32,000 nucleotides of DNA, taken from positions 1,680,001 through 1,712,000 of the forward strand of contig NZ_LT906458.1 of NCBI RefSeq assembly GCF_900187275.1, in the 5' to 3' direction. The notes beneath the pieces are model-generated. The model was not told the origin of the DNA, searched no databases, and worked only from the letters and a program-made list of their open reading frames with translations. Below, one piece after another: positions 9,292-19,601 of this stretch. A program made the position numbers and the translations under genes. This DNA is from Pasteurella multocida (lineage in GTDB: Bacteria > Pseudomonadota > Gammaproteobacteria > Enterobacterales > Pasteurellaceae). The first letter of the stretch is position 1, and every line of letters starts with the position of its first letter.

Positions 9292-10806
9292 ATGGCGAAA
9301 CTATTGGAAATGAAAAACATCACAAAAAAATTTGGTGATGTTGTTGCTTTAAATAATATTTCCATTTCGCTAGAAATGGGAGAGGTCCTTTCCCTCTGTG
9401 GCGAAAATGGTTCTGGCAAATCGACCTTAATGAAAGTGCTATGTGGGATTTATCCATATGGTGACTATGAAGGTGAAATTTACTTTTTAAATGAGCGTCT
9501 TATCGCAAAAAATATTAGAGAAACGGAAGAAAAAGGCATTTCAATTATTCATCAAGAACTCGCGTTAGTAAAGAATATGTCTATTCTTGAAAACATGTTT
9601 TTGGGTAATGAAATGACACAACTAGGATTAACCAATGACAATGAAATGTATCTTCGCTGTAAAACATTATTACAACAAGTACAATTGGATGTCGATCCCA
9701 ATACAAAAGTAAAAGAACTCGGTCTAGGTCAACAGCAGCTTGTAGAAATCGCCAAAGCGCTAAATAAAAAAGTTCGTTTACTTATCCTCGATGAACCCAG
9801 TGCCTCACTGACAGAAAAAGAAACAGCAATTCTATTAAATCTTATTAAAGATCTGCAAGCTCAGAATATTGCCTGTATTTATATCTCGCATAAACTAAAC
9901 GAAGTAAAAGCTATCTCCGACAATATCTGTATCATTCGTGATGGTGAACATATTGGTACACATCCGACAAGAGAAATGAGTGAAGATAACATTATTTCTA
10001 TGATGGTTGGCAGAGAAATCACCTCTCTTTATCCTCACGAACCCCATTCTATTGGCGAAGAAATTCTACGTGTTGAAAATTTAACAGCATGGCATCCAAC
10101 AAATACACATATTAAACGTGTCGATAATGCAAATTTTTCCTTACATAAAGGTGAAATTCTTGGTGTAGCAGGGTTAGTTGGTTCAGGACGTACAGAAATG
10201 GCACAATGCATTTTTGGTTCCTATGCGGGAAAATATCAAGGCAATATTCTCCTTGAGAATCAGCCTATCCAGATTAAAAATTGTGCTCAGGCTATTGCAA
10301 ATCAGATTGTCATGGTGCCAGAGGATCGTAAAAAACACGGTATTATTCCAATCATGGGAGTAGGTCACAACATTACCCTTTCATCACTCCCCCAATTCTG
10401 CTTTCGTAAAAAAATCATTAATGCACCACTTGAAGAAACAATTATCAATCAATCCATTGCTAAACTTACAGTCAAAACATCATCAACACAACTTGCAATC
10501 GGGCGCTTAAGTGGAGGCAACCAACAAAAAGCTGTTCTAGCAAAATGTTTACTATTAAACCCTAAAATTTTGATCTTAGATGAGCCAACAAGAGGAATTG
10601 ATGTAGGTGCAAAATATGAAATTTATAAGTTAATTAACCAACTTGCTAAAGAAGGTATGGCGATTATTGTCATTTCGTCTGAATTACCTGAAGTACTTGG
10701 CATCAGCGATCGTATCTTAGTCATGCATCAGGGAAAAATCAAAGCAGATCTTGTTAATCGCAATCTGACCCAAGAACAAGTCATGGAAGCGGCGCTTAAG
10801 GAGTAA
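9292..10806 (+). CDS. xylG: D-xylose ABC transporter, ATP-binding protein (two ABC domains)
   Basis: 504 aa; Walker [10 protein letters not shown], signature motifs [15 protein letters not shown] and [15 protein letters not shown], next to xylF and xylH. Confidence 0.95.
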   Translation: MAKLLEMKNITKKFGDVVALNNISISLEMGEVLSLCGENGSGKSTLMKVLCGIYPYGDYEGEIYFLNERLIAKNIRETEEKGISIIHQELALVKNMSILENMFLGNEMTQLGLTNDNEMYLRCKTLLQQVQLDVDPNTKVKELGLGQQQLVEIAKALNKKVRLLILDEPSASLTEKETAILLNLIKDLQAQNIACIYISHKLNEVKAISDNICIIRDGEHIGTHPTREMSEDNIISMMVGREITSLYPHEPHSIGEEILRVENLTAWHPTNTHIKRVDNANFSLHKGEILGVAGLVGSGRTEMAQCIFGSYAGKYQGNILLENQPIQIKNCAQAIANQIVMVPEDRKKHGIIPIMGVGHNITLSSLPQFCFRKKIINAPLEETIINQSIAKLTVKTSSTQLAIGRLSGGNQQKAVLAKCLLLNPKILILDEPTRGIDVGAKYEIYKLINQLAKEGMAIIVISSELPEVLGISDRILVMHQGKIKADLVNRNLTQEQVMEAALKE

Positions 10807-10809
10807 TCA

Positions 10810-11937
10810 ATGCAGAAATTAAAATCCATTAATTTACAAGTTTATATCATGTTTATTGCCATCGTGATCATTATGACATTTTTCTCATTGGCAACTGACG
10901 GTGCCTATTTAAGTGCAAGAAATATATCAAATTTACTACGTCAAACATCAATTACTGGTATTTTAGCGATTGGGATGGTGTTTATTATTATCTCTGCAGA
11001 AATTGATTTATCCGTAGGTTCCTTAATGGGACTACTCGGTGGTTTTGCTGCTATTACTAATGTCTGGTGGCATTGGCCATTACCGCTAACTATCTTAATT
11101 ACGTTAATGTTAGGACTTATATTGGGTGCATGGAATGGCTGGTGGGTCGCTTATCAGAAAGTCCCTTCCTTCATCGTCACGTTAGCCGGTATGTTAGCCT
11201 TTCGGGGGATTTTAATTGGTTTAACCAATGGCACTACAGTTTCGCCAATTAGTTCAGACATGACATCTATCGGACAAGGCTATTTGCCAGATATTTTAGG
11301 TATGCTCTTAGCTACATTTGTCCTGTTCTGTTTTATTGTCTGGGGAGGCTATCAACGTAAAGCTCGTCAAAAACTGAATTTACCTGTACAGTCGGTCACG
11401 AAAGAAACGCTCACATATGCAACAGTCGCAATCTTAGTCCTTGGTGCAATTTACTTATTAAATACTTATCGAGGAGTCCCATTTCCAGTATTAGTACTCG
11501 CTTTACTAACTATCATTGGTGCATTTCTAGCCAGAAAAACCGCTTTTGGTCGTCATGTTTATGCGATTGGTGGCAATATTGAGGCAGCAAGATTATCTGG
11601 CATTAGTGTAGAAAAAGTAAAAATGACAATTTTTGCATTAAATGGTTTTTTAGTGGCGATTGCAGGTTTAATCTTAAGTGCGCGTTTAGGTGCTGGGGCG
11701 CCCTCTGCTGGTCAAAATGCAGAGCTGGATGCCATTGCCGCTTGTGTGATTGGTGGCGCCAGTCTCGCTGGTGGTATCGGAACGATTTATGGTGTCGTAA
11801 TAGGCGCATTTATTATCGCGTTACTTGATAATGGAATGAGTATGTTAGATGTCCCGACTTTCTGGCAATATATCGTAAAAGGTGGGATTCTACTCCTTGC
11901 CGTATGGCTTGATACCATCAGTAAAAAGAAAATGTAA
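10810..11937 (+). CDS. xylH: D-xylose ABC transporter, permease
   Basis: 375 aa; [62 protein letters not shown]. Confidence 0.95.
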   Translation: MQKLKSINLQVYIMFIAIVIIMTFFSLATDGAYLSARNISNLLRQTSITGILAIGMVFIIISAEIDLSVGSLMGLLGGFAAITNVWWHWPLPLTILITLMLGLILGAWNGWWVAYQKVPSFIVTLAGMLAFRGILIGLTNGTTVSPISSDMTSIGQGYLPDILGMLLATFVLFCFIVWGGYQRKARQKLNLPVQSVTKETLTYATVAILVLGAIYLLNTYRGVPFPVLVLALLTIIGAFLARKTAFGRHVYAIGGNIEAARLSGISVEKVKMTIFALNGFLVAIAGLILSARLGAGAPSAGQNAELDAIAACVIGGASLAGGIGTIYGVVIGAFIIALLDNGMSMLDVPTFWQYIVKGGILLLAVWLDTISKKKM

Positions 11938-11961
11938 TTTACATTCTAATTCCTCTCCAAA

Positions 11962-12006
11962 TCCACCGCACTTTGCTTGGCTTAACGAAAGTGCGGTGGA
12001 CTTTTT
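11962..12006 (+). terminator. Terminator formed by inverted uptake sequences, between xylH and xylR
   Basis: TCCACCGCACTTT (11962-11974) pairs with AAAGTGCGGTGGA (11988-12000), followed by CTTTTT. Confidence 0.88.
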
Positions 12007-12063
12007 ATCATTTTGCTAAGTTTATTTTTTTATCTTATAGTGAAACAAGCAAAGGAGATAAAA

Positions 12064-13233
12064 ATGTCAGAACAACCTTACAAAGTTGCCTTGCTGTTTA
12101 ATGCAAATAAGATTTATGATCGTGGGGTCATTAAAGGTATTGGACAGTATATTCAAGCATCGCAATGTACATGGGATATTTTTATGGAAGATGATTTCGT
12201 TTACCACAAAGAAGATATCCGAAACTTATCCATTGACGGTATTATCGCTGACTTTGATGATATTGAAACTGCAGAATTGCTCCATAACATTGAAGTTCCC
12301 ATTATTGCTGTAGGTGGTTCATACCAGAATCCGGCATATTATCCAGATCTGCCTTATGTGGCAACAGACAATTATGCGCTAATCGAAACCGCATTTCTTC
12401 ACCTAAAACAAAAAGGAATTAATCGTTTTGCTTTTTATGGTTATCCTGCTGAAAGCGAAAAACATTGGTCACTAGAAAGACAAAATGCGTTTATCCATTT
12501 AATGCGGCATTATGAGCATGAACCTCAATATTATCTCGGAGATAAAACGAACTCACAAAATTGGCTAGAATCACAAAATAAGCTTTGTGAATGGTTAAAA
12601 ACACTTGCAAAACACACTGGGATTATTGCGGTAACGGATGCTCGAGCAAGGCATTTATTACAAGCTTGTGAACAGCTCAAAATCGTTGTCCCTGACGAGC
12701 TTTGTATTATTGGTATTGATAATGAAGAGTTAATTCAATATTTATCAAGAACCTCACTTTCCTCTGTTGTACAAGGAACCAGTCAAATTGGTTATCAAGC
12801 AGCTAAACTTCTTCACCAAAAACTCAGTGGACAGCCTGTATCACATAAGCCCATCTTAATCCCACCCATCAGTGTAGAAGAACGCCGCTCAACGGATTAT
12901 CGCTCTTTACAAGATCCTTTCGTTATTCAAGCGATGCATTTTATTCGCCATCGCGCTTGCCAAGGCATTAAGACAGAACAAGTGTTAGATCATTTACGCA
13001 TATCTCGTTCAAATTTAGAACAACGTTTTAAAACAGAAATGGATAAGACGATTCATCAAGTTATTCATGAAGAAAAGCTCAGTCGAGCGCAATATATGTT
13101 ACGCTTTACTGACGTTTCTACTCAAGAAATCGCTGAAATATGTGGCTATCCTTCACTACAATATTTTTATGCTGTCTTTAAAAGAGAATACGGTAAAACC
13201 CCAAAAGAATTTAGATTAAAATCATCTTTTTAA
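12064..13233 (+). CDS. xylR: Xylose operon regulator, LacI-like sensor domain plus AraC-type HTH
   Basis: MSEQPYKVALLFNANKIYDRGVIKGIGQYIQASQCTWDIFMEDDF...; C-terminal AraC domain FTDVSTQEIAEICGYPSLQYFYAVFKREYGKTPKEFR. AGGAG ahead of the ATG at 12064. Confidence 0.95.
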   Translation: MSEQPYKVALLFNANKIYDRGVIKGIGQYIQASQCTWDIFMEDDFVYHKEDIRNLSIDGIIADFDDIETAELLHNIEVPIIAVGGSYQNPAYYPDLPYVATDNYALIETAFLHLKQKGINRFAFYGYPAESEKHWSLERQNAFIHLMRHYEHEPQYYLGDKTNSQNWLESQNKLCEWLKTLAKHTGIIAVTDARARHLLQACEQLKIVVPDELCIIGIDNEELIQYLSRTSLSSVVQGTSQIGYQAAKLLHQKLSGQPVSHKPILIPPISVEERRSTDYRSLQDPFVIQAMHFIRHRACQGIKTEQVLDHLRISRSNLEQRFKTEMDKTIHQVIHEEKLSRAQYMLRFTDVSTQEIAEICGYPSLQYFYAVFKREYGKTPKEFRLKSSF

Positions 13234-13241
13234 CCATCATT

Positions 13242-14231
13242 TCAACGGTTTGATTCTTGTGTTGTAATAAAGTGTTGCAGTGTTTCATAACTCACTGCAC
13301 CGCCCGTTGCGGACATGGAGAATAAATTGAAGTACGCTAACCCGTGACCGAGTTTGAGTACTTCAACTAAAGGTAAGCCATGATGTAAACCATAAAGCAC
13401 CCCTGTACAGAAAGCATCACCTGCCCCTAAGGTACTCACGATATTTTGTTTTTCTACCCAGTACGAAGGTATCGCAACCTGTTCACCTTGTTGATTCATT
13501 GCAACAGCCCATTTAGGCTCATGGATGATCACCGTATCACGCACGCCCAATACCATCATTTGCTCCGCCATGCGCTGTAACACAGTTTTGCTCGATGCGA
13601 ATGCCTCTGAATTGGTCAACCATTTGGCTTCAATATCATTAATAATCACATAATCCACATAAGGCAAAATTGGCAGGATTTGTTGAGTAAAGATCTGTTT
13701 ATTCGCTACGGAAACTAAATCAATGGAAATGAGAAAGCCTTTTTGTTGCAGACTGGTCAGCGTGTGTTTTAACACCTCTACATCAAGCAATTTAGGCAAT
13801 AGCGGTAAATAAGCGATGTGGGCAATTTTCGCGGGATGATCAATTTGCAAAATATGTGCTGCTTGATATTCTGCCATTGCGCCAACGTAATGGAAAAACG
13901 TACGATCACCAGTTTGTGAATTGATCATCACATCAGTAAATGAGGTTGGTAGAGCTAACTGAACTACATTGTCAACATTAATATGATGCTGCTTAGCTTG
14001 TTGTAAAATCAACTGTCCTTCGCCATCTTGACCAATGGCACCGGCAAGAAAAAGCGGTAAACGTGGATCAAGTTTTGCCAAATTAAATAACACATTGGTA
14101 CAACCGCCGCCACAATGGAGCTCCATGTTAGAAATCGTGGCTAACATGGACTCTTGTGGATAATCCGAAATCAGTAGGGCACGATCCACTAATAAATTAC
14201 CGATGGCGAGAATGCCATTACGTTGTTGCAT
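13242..14231 (-). CDS. PfkB-family carbohydrate kinase
   Basis: 329 aa; GGGCTNVLFNLAKL, STLGAGDAFCTGVLYGLHHG (PfkB C-terminal signature). Confidence 0.88.
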   Translation of the reverse strand: MQQRNGILAIGNLLVDRALLISDYPQESMLATISNMELHCGGGCTNVLFNLAKLDPRLPLFLAGAIGQDGEGQLILQQAKQHHINVDNVVQLALPTSFTDVMINSQTGDRTFFHYVGAMAEYQAAHILQIDHPAKIAHIAYLPLLPKLLDVEVLKHTLTSLQQKGFLISIDLVSVANKQIFTQQILPILPYVDYVIINDIEAKWLTNSEAFASSKTVLQRMAEQMMVLGVRDTVIIHEPKWAVAMNQQGEQVAIPSYWVEKQNIVSTLGAGDAFCTGVLYGLHHGLPLVEVLKLGHGLAYFNLFSMSATGGAVSYETLQHFITTQESNR

Positions 14232-15102
14232 ATAAATGCGCCTTATTGATGCTATTAAAGATGTTCATTTGCTCTGCAACTGTGTCAGAAATCGCCTGTT
14301 GCATACGGTTCATCATAATCAGGTAATAATGATATTTTGTTTCGAGATCGGTATGTTGCATATCTTTTTCAAGTGACTGTAACGCCGCTTGTGACATGCC
14401 TGTAAAGAAATTAATTTTGCAAATGCCACGTTGAATCGTTTTGCGGAAATCGTCAGCACTTAATCCCGAACCTCCGTGTAATACTAACGGGACAGAAACC
14501 GCTTGGTGAATTTGCGCCAGACGTTCAAAATCTAACTTAGGTACACCTTTATATTTACCATGGGTATTCCCAATCGCAACAGCGAGGGCATCAATGCCTG
14601 TTTCGCGCACAAACTCCACAGCCTGTTCAACATTGGTATAAAGCGCCACATCAGCACAACTTTCTAACGCGCCATGTTCATCTCCCCCCACTGCACCAAG
14701 TTCACCTTCAACAGAAATACCATAATTTTGACAAAGTTCGACAACTTTACGAGTTTGCGCAATATTTTCTGCGTAAGTAAGTGAGGAGCCATCAAACATA
14801 ATGGAAGAAAAACCACATTTAATTGCACGCTCAACGGTGGAAAACGTCAATCCATGATCTAAATTTAAGCACACGGGGACACCTGCTAACATAGCTTTTT
14901 TCTTGATATATTCAGCGGTGGATTCTAAATCAATATACGTTAAATGCACTTCAGCCACATTAATAATTACCGGTGACTGATTTTGTTGTGCTGCAGTAAA
15001 CACTGCATCAATAAAATTTGAGTCAATCGCATTAAATGCCCCGACCGCAAATTGATGTTGATTTGCGATGGAAAGCATTGACTTTAAGTTCAATAATCCC
15101 AT
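14218..15102 (-). CDS. Class II fructose-bisphosphate / ketose-bisphosphate aldolase family protein
   Basis: 294 aa; VGAFNAIDSNFIDAVFTAA, CLNLDHGLTFSTVERAIKCGFSSIMFDGS, LVLHGGSGLSADDFRKTIQRGICKINFFT; overlaps the kinase gene by 14 nt. Confidence 0.88.
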   Translation of the reverse strand: MGLLNLKSMLSIANQHQFAVGAFNAIDSNFIDAVFTAAQQNQSPVIINVAEVHLTYIDLESTAEYIKKKAMLAGVPVCLNLDHGLTFSTVERAIKCGFSSIMFDGSSLTYAENIAQTRKVVELCQNYGISVEGELGAVGGDEHGALESCADVALYTNVEQAVEFVRETGIDALAVAIGNTHGKYKGVPKLDFERLAQIHQAVSVPLVLHGGSGLSADDFRKTIQRGICKINFFTGMSQAALQSLEKDMQHTDLETKYHYYLIMMNRMQQAISDTVAEQMNIFNSINKAHLYATT

Positions 15103-15103
15103 G

Positions 15104-15787
15104 TTATGCTCCTGCTAAATACTGAGGGTAATCACTACAAAGTAAATGAAGAGGGGGTTCATCTTCCTCAATGTGTGAAAAACGACCCAACTGTGCTAAA
15201 AAACGATTATCGGTTAAATCGTCATTTGCCATAGACACTTCCCCTGCTAATACCACACCATCCTCAGCCCAAAAGCTATGATACAAGAAAGGGGTTAAAC
15301 AAATACTTTGTCCCGGTTTAAGTTTGACTAAACCACCTGCATTGACCGTGATCTGCTTGCCATCCACCGCCACTTGAATAGTCGATTTTTCATCTAACAA
15401 ATCCGTTTGTTCATCACGTCGATACAAACGAATCACCAAGGTACCACCACCTCGATTAATAATATCTTCCATCTTTTTCCAATGGTAATGCATCGGGGTG
15501 ACTTGCCCCTCTTTTACCATCATAATTTTTTCCGCATAGGGTTTCTGATTAGTGGGAGATTGATTACGAATAGTAAATAACGTTAAACCATATTTCGCAA
15601 AATCATTCAAATTGAAATCCGTGACATCCCAACCAAGACGCGCATCTAATACTTCTTGTTGGCTTACTAAATCGGCGAGTTTCCAATCCGCCAAACGGTA
15701 ATCTGCAAATTCGGGCAAATAAAAACAATGACGTTGCATCAATGCCTTAAATTCGCCTAATACTTGGTTAATTTCAGAACGTTTCAT
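15104..15787 (-). CDS. D-lyxose isomerase family cupin sugar isomerase (lyxose/xylulose or mannose/fructose)
   Basis: 227 aa; AEKIMMVKEGQVTPMHYHWKKMEDIINRGGG (metal-binding cupin core), YHSFWAEDGVVLAGEVS. Confidence 0.8.
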   Translation of the reverse strand: MKRSEINQVLGEFKALMQRHCFYLPEFADYRLADWKLADLVSQQEVLDARLGWDVTDFNLNDFAKYGLTLFTIRNQSPTNQKPYAEKIMMVKEGQVTPMHYHWKKMEDIINRGGGTLVIRLYRRDEQTDLLDEKSTIQVAVDGKQITVNAGGLVKLKPGQSICLTPFLYHSFWAEDGVVLAGEVSMANDDLTDNRFLAQLGRFSHIEEDEPPLHLLCSDYPQYLAGA

Positions 15788-15840
15788 CGCTTATCCCCCT
15801 TAGAGAAACCCCATCAAAGTGCGGTCAATTTAACGAAATT

Positions 15841-16752
15841 TTATTTTTCCAGTGGCCATAGCCATGCCGCACCACGCACGCCACTGGAATCACCATGTAA
15901 TGCCTTGCGAATAGGAGTATGGAACTCATGACCAAAAATATACTGTGGCATCAGCTTAGGCACATTGGTGTAAAGTCTATCAACATTACACACACCACCT
16001 GCGAAGACAATCACATCAGGATCGAGCATATTGACATAAGAGGACAACGCTTTCGCCAAGCGACGTTCATAAGCTTGGAAGGATTGTTCGGCTAGCGTAT
16101 CGCCTTGCTCAGCTAAAGCAAGAATCTCATCTCCTTTCAAACGTTTTCCCGAACGACGCTCATAATCATCACACAGCCCTGTGCCTGACACAAATTGTTC
16201 AATACAACCGTGTTTACCACAATAACATGGTGTTTGTTGCGCAACGGCTTTTTCTTCATCGTCCATCCAAGGCAAAGGATTGTGTCCCCATTCTCCCCCG
16301 ATACCATTACCACCATGATGTGGTTTACCATGAATCACAATGCCTGAACCGCATCCTGTTCCTAAAATTAACGCCAACACGACCGCACTTCCTGCTCCTG
16401 CACCGTCTGTGGCTTCGGATACTGTCATGCAATTTGCATCATTGGCAATACGGACTTCGCGTCCCAGTAAGCGACAAAGATCTTTGTCTAATGGTTGACC
16501 ATTTAACCACACGGAATTAGCATTTTTCACTTTATGACTAAACGGCGAAATCGTCCCTGGAATGCCAATACCCACCGTACCTGTTTGTCCCGTTGCTTGT
16601 TCCGCATCATCTACCAGCCCTTTAATTGCAGCTAATGTTGCTTCATAAGACCCTCTTGGTGTAGGTACTCGTTTTCTGAATAACTCTTTGCCTTCATTAG
16701 AAAGGGCGATCACTTCAATTTTCGTGCCACCCAGATCGATGCCAATACGCAT
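15841..16752 (-). CDS. mak: ROK-family sugar kinase, probable fructokinase (Mak-like)
   Basis: 303 aa; [75 protein letters not shown]; resembles E. coli Mak as remembered. Confidence 0.85.
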   Translation of the reverse strand: MRIGIDLGGTKIEVIALSNEGKELFRKRVPTPRGSYEATLAAIKGLVDDAEQATGQTGTVGIGIPGTISPFSHKVKNANSVWLNGQPLDKDLCRLLGREVRIANDANCMTVSEATDGAGAGSAVVLALILGTGCGSGIVIHGKPHHGGNGIGGEWGHNPLPWMDDEEKAVAQQTPCYCGKHGCIEQFVSGTGLCDDYERRSGKRLKGDEILALAEQGDTLAEQSFQAYERRLAKALSSYVNMLDPDVIVFAGGVCNVDRLYTNVPKLMPQYIFGHEFHTPIRKALHGDSSGVRGAAWLWPLEK

Positions 16753-16840
16753 AACTACCTCATCGTTTTAGATTTTGTTTATTGATGAATACTCTTTCTG
16801 TTAGAAATTATATATACTTAAAAAATAATCTATTTAAGGC

Positions 16841-17572
16841 ATGGATATACAAATGCAACAAAATACTTCTCTTCTTGTCATTGATGATGATGTTCAAGTT
16901 TGTGAATTGCTTACCGATATTTTTGAGGAACATGGCTATACTGTTATGACGGCTCAAACCGGTCAGCAAGCGTTAGCTTTGTTGCAATCGACTCCGCACT
17001 TTTCATTAATTTTTCTTGATTTAATTCTGCCTGATGTAAATGGATTAATTCTCTTACAGCGTTTAAAAAGCCTGACCACTGCCCCTGTGATTATGTTAAG
17101 TGGGCTAGATTCTGAATCCGATATTGTTGTTGGCTTAGAAATGGGTGCTGATGACTACATCTCCAAACCCTTTTATCCTCGCGTGGTCGTTGCAAGAGCG
17201 AAAGTCGCGTTACGTCGCCATCAGCCACAACCTTTTTCAACCAGCGCCTCACATCAAGGTTTTACTTTTCATCATTGGGTGCTAGATACACAAAATCGGA
17301 AATTATATTCGCCACAAAAAGTGGATATTGAGCTGACGCAAGGAGAATACACCTTATTACACGCCTTAGTTTCTCATGCACAAAAAGTCCTTTCTCGTGA
17401 AAAGTTACTTGAACTGACACACACGGAAAGCTTAGAAATTTTTGACCGCACTGTCGACGTGCTCATTATGCGGTTACGTAAAAAAATTGAGCCTAACCCC
17501 AAGGCACCAACTTATATTCAAACTGTTCGCGGCATGGGTTATTTATTTGCCGTCGCGGTTGAGCGCTGTTAA
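16841..17572 (+). CDS. OmpR/PhoB-family two-component response regulator
   Basis: 243 aa; receiver (LLVIDDDVQVCELL, LIFLDLILPDVNGLILL, GADDYISKPF) plus winged-helix (ELTQGEYTLLHALVSHAQKVLSREKLLELTH...TVDVLIMRLRKKIEPNP..IQTVRGMGYLF). No adjacent kinase gene. Confidence 0.93.
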   Translation: MDIQMQQNTSLLVIDDDVQVCELLTDIFEEHGYTVMTAQTGQQALALLQSTPHFSLIFLDLILPDVNGLILLQRLKSLTTAPVIMLSGLDSESDIVVGLEMGADDYISKPFYPRVVVARAKVALRRHQPQPFSTSASHQGFTFHHWVLDTQNRKLYSPQKVDIELTQGEYTLLHALVSHAQKVLSREKLLELTHTESLEIFDRTVDVLIMRLRKKIEPNPKAPTYIQTVRGMGYLFAVAVERC

Positions 17573-17600
17573 TGTCGCATGTTTAACCACAAATAATAAG

Positions 17601-17624
17601 CCCCCTCCCAAACTCAGGAGGGGG
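17601..17624. terminator. Strong GC hairpin between the convergent response regulator gene and the ABC operon
   Basis: CCCCCTCC-caaactca-GGAGGGGG; perfect 8-bp stem but weak T tract on either side. Confidence 0.5.
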
Positions 17625-17634
17625 AATCAGGTAA

Positions 17635-18564
17635 TTACTTCACAGTCCAACCTTTATAATCTTTAATGTTATCACGTGTAATTAAATGTACAGGAATTAA
17701 CACGGGGTCTTTCGGTGCTGGTTTGCCTTGTAAAATATCGTAACCAATTTTCACCGCTTCCGCTGCCATCACTTGTGGATCTTGTGCTGGTGTACCACGG
17801 AATAAGCTATCTGATAATTTCAAGGCTTCTTCACCATCTGGCGAGCCGTCCACACCCATAATGAAAAACTCATTACGTTGTGCTTGTTTTGCAGCTAAAT
17901 CTGCACCAATCGCCGTTGGGTCATTGATGGCGAACACCGCATCAATTTTCGGATGTGCAATTAATAATGAAGTCATCACTTCTAAACCACCTTCACGGCT
18001 ACCTTTCGCATTTTGGTTATGTGATAACACTTTGATGTCCGCGTGTTTAGCAAATACATCTTGGCAACCTTGTACACGATCTTGTACTGCAGATACTGGT
18101 GGTCCATTGATGATCACCACATTCCCTTTACCGTTAAGTTTTTCAACGATAGTTTGGCAAGCAATTTCACCCGCTTGGTAGTTATTTGAAGTGACTGTTG
18201 CGTCCGCGCCATCCGCTGCCACGTCAACTGCCACTACCACAATACCGGCTTTACGTGCACGCTCTACAGCAGGTCCAATCCCTTTAGAGTCCGCTGCGTT
18301 AAGGATAATCATGTCGGTTTTTGCCGCGATGAAGTTATCGATTTGTGCCACTTGTTGACCTAAATCGTAACCACTGGATACAGAAACAACGTTTACTTTG
18401 TCGCCAGCAAGCTCTTTTGCTTTTAACTCAGCCCCTTTCGCAATTTGTACGAAGAATGGGTTAGCGAGATCACCAACGGTCACACCGATCGATTTTAACT
18501 CTTTCGCTTGTGCAAAAGGTGCCATGGCTAACATTAAAGATACTGCTAATGTTTTTAATTTCAT
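17635..18564 (-). CDS. Ribose-type sugar ABC transporter, periplasmic binding protein
   Basis: 309 aa; signal peptide, KSIGVTVGDLANPFFVQIAKGAELKAKEL, NDPTAIGADLAAKQA, FFIMGVDGSPDG. Confidence 0.9.
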   Translation of the reverse strand: MKLKTLAVSLMLAMAPFAQAKELKSIGVTVGDLANPFFVQIAKGAELKAKELAGDKVNVVSVSSGYDLGQQVAQIDNFIAAKTDMIILNAADSKGIGPAVERARKAGIVVVAVDVAADGADATVTSNNYQAGEIACQTIVEKLNGKGNVVIINGPPVSAVQDRVQGCQDVFAKHADIKVLSHNQNAKGSREGGLEVMTSLLIAHPKIDAVFAINDPTAIGADLAAKQAQRNEFFIMGVDGSPDGEEALKLSDSLFRGTPAQDPQVMAAEAVKIGYDILQGKPAPKDPVLIPVHLITRDNIKDYKGWTVK

Positions 18565-18591
18565 TATAACGTCTCCTATATTGGATGTTGT

Positions 18592-19563
18592 TTAAGCTGA
18601 ACGGGTACGGTATTTGTCGATCAATACTGCCACGATGATTACCCCACCTTTAATAACGAGCTGCCAGAAATATGACACTCCCATTAAAGTCATACCATTA
18701 TTTAAAGTCGCAATAATTAATGCACCGATGAGCGTCCCCGTAATGGTTCCGATACCGCCCACGAAACTCGTGCCACCTAAAATAACGGCTGCAATTGCAT
18801 CAAGTTCATAGCCTACACCAAGATTACCATTGGCGCTATACAAACGAGATGCACTCATTACGCCGCCTAAGCCAGATAATAATCCGCTGGCAGCGTAAAC
18901 GAAGATTAAGACTAAAGAGACTTTGATACCTGTTAAACGTGCAGCTTGCAAGTTCCCCCCGACCGCATAAATATGGGTGCCTAACGTCGTGCGACGTAAA
19001 ATAAACCAGCATACGGCAATCACGGCAAAGGCGATAATCACTAGCCAAGGTATCGAACCAAGATAACCATTTCCTATCCAACTGAATGAGATTTTAGAGT
19101 TGATCACCGTTGTCCCATCTGCTACTAAATAGGCCGCGCCACGTAATGCAGTATATGTACCTAGTGTGACAATAAATGGAGGTAGACCTGCATACGCAAC
19201 TAATAAACCATTAAATACCCCCATACCTAAACCCGCGAGTAACGCTAACGGGACCGCAAATTCTGCCAATGCGGGATTGAGCGAGGTAACCAGTCCAATC
19301 ACCGCCGTCACCCCTAAAATCGAACCAACGGAAAGGTCAATCCCGCCCGTTAAAATCACAAATGTCATCCCTGCGGCTAACACAATATTAATTGATGCCT
19401 GACGAGTAATATTCATCATATTGGCTTCTGTCATAAAGTTTGGTGCCACAAAAGAAAACACGATCACAATTAAAATCAAGATGGGTAAAATCCCCATTGC
19501 CTGCATCGCATCTGCAATTGCCAGTTTTTTAAAACCCGGTTTAACCGGTTGTGTTGTTCCCAT
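18592..19563 (-). CDS. Ribose-type sugar ABC transporter, permease
   Basis: 323 aa; GGIDLSVGSILGVTAVIG, RRTTLGTHIYAVGGNLQAARLTGIKV, GGTSFVGGIGTITGTLIGALIIATLNNGMTLMG. Confidence 0.92.
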   Translation of the reverse strand: MGTTQPVKPGFKKLAIADAMQAMGILPILILIVIVFSFVAPNFMTEANMMNITRQASINIVLAAGMTFVILTGGIDLSVGSILGVTAVIGLVTSLNPALAEFAVPLALLAGLGMGVFNGLLVAYAGLPPFIVTLGTYTALRGAAYLVADGTTVINSKISFSWIGNGYLGSIPWLVIIAFAVIAVCWFILRRTTLGTHIYAVGGNLQAARLTGIKVSLVLIFVYAASGLLSGLGGVMSASRLYSANGNLGVGYELDAIAAVILGGTSFVGGIGTITGTLIGALIIATLNNGMTLMGVSYFWQLVIKGGVIIVAVLIDKYRTRSA

Positions 19564-19601
19564 GGTTACTTCTCCTAAATGATGTTCTTTTTATCTCTTT
19601 A

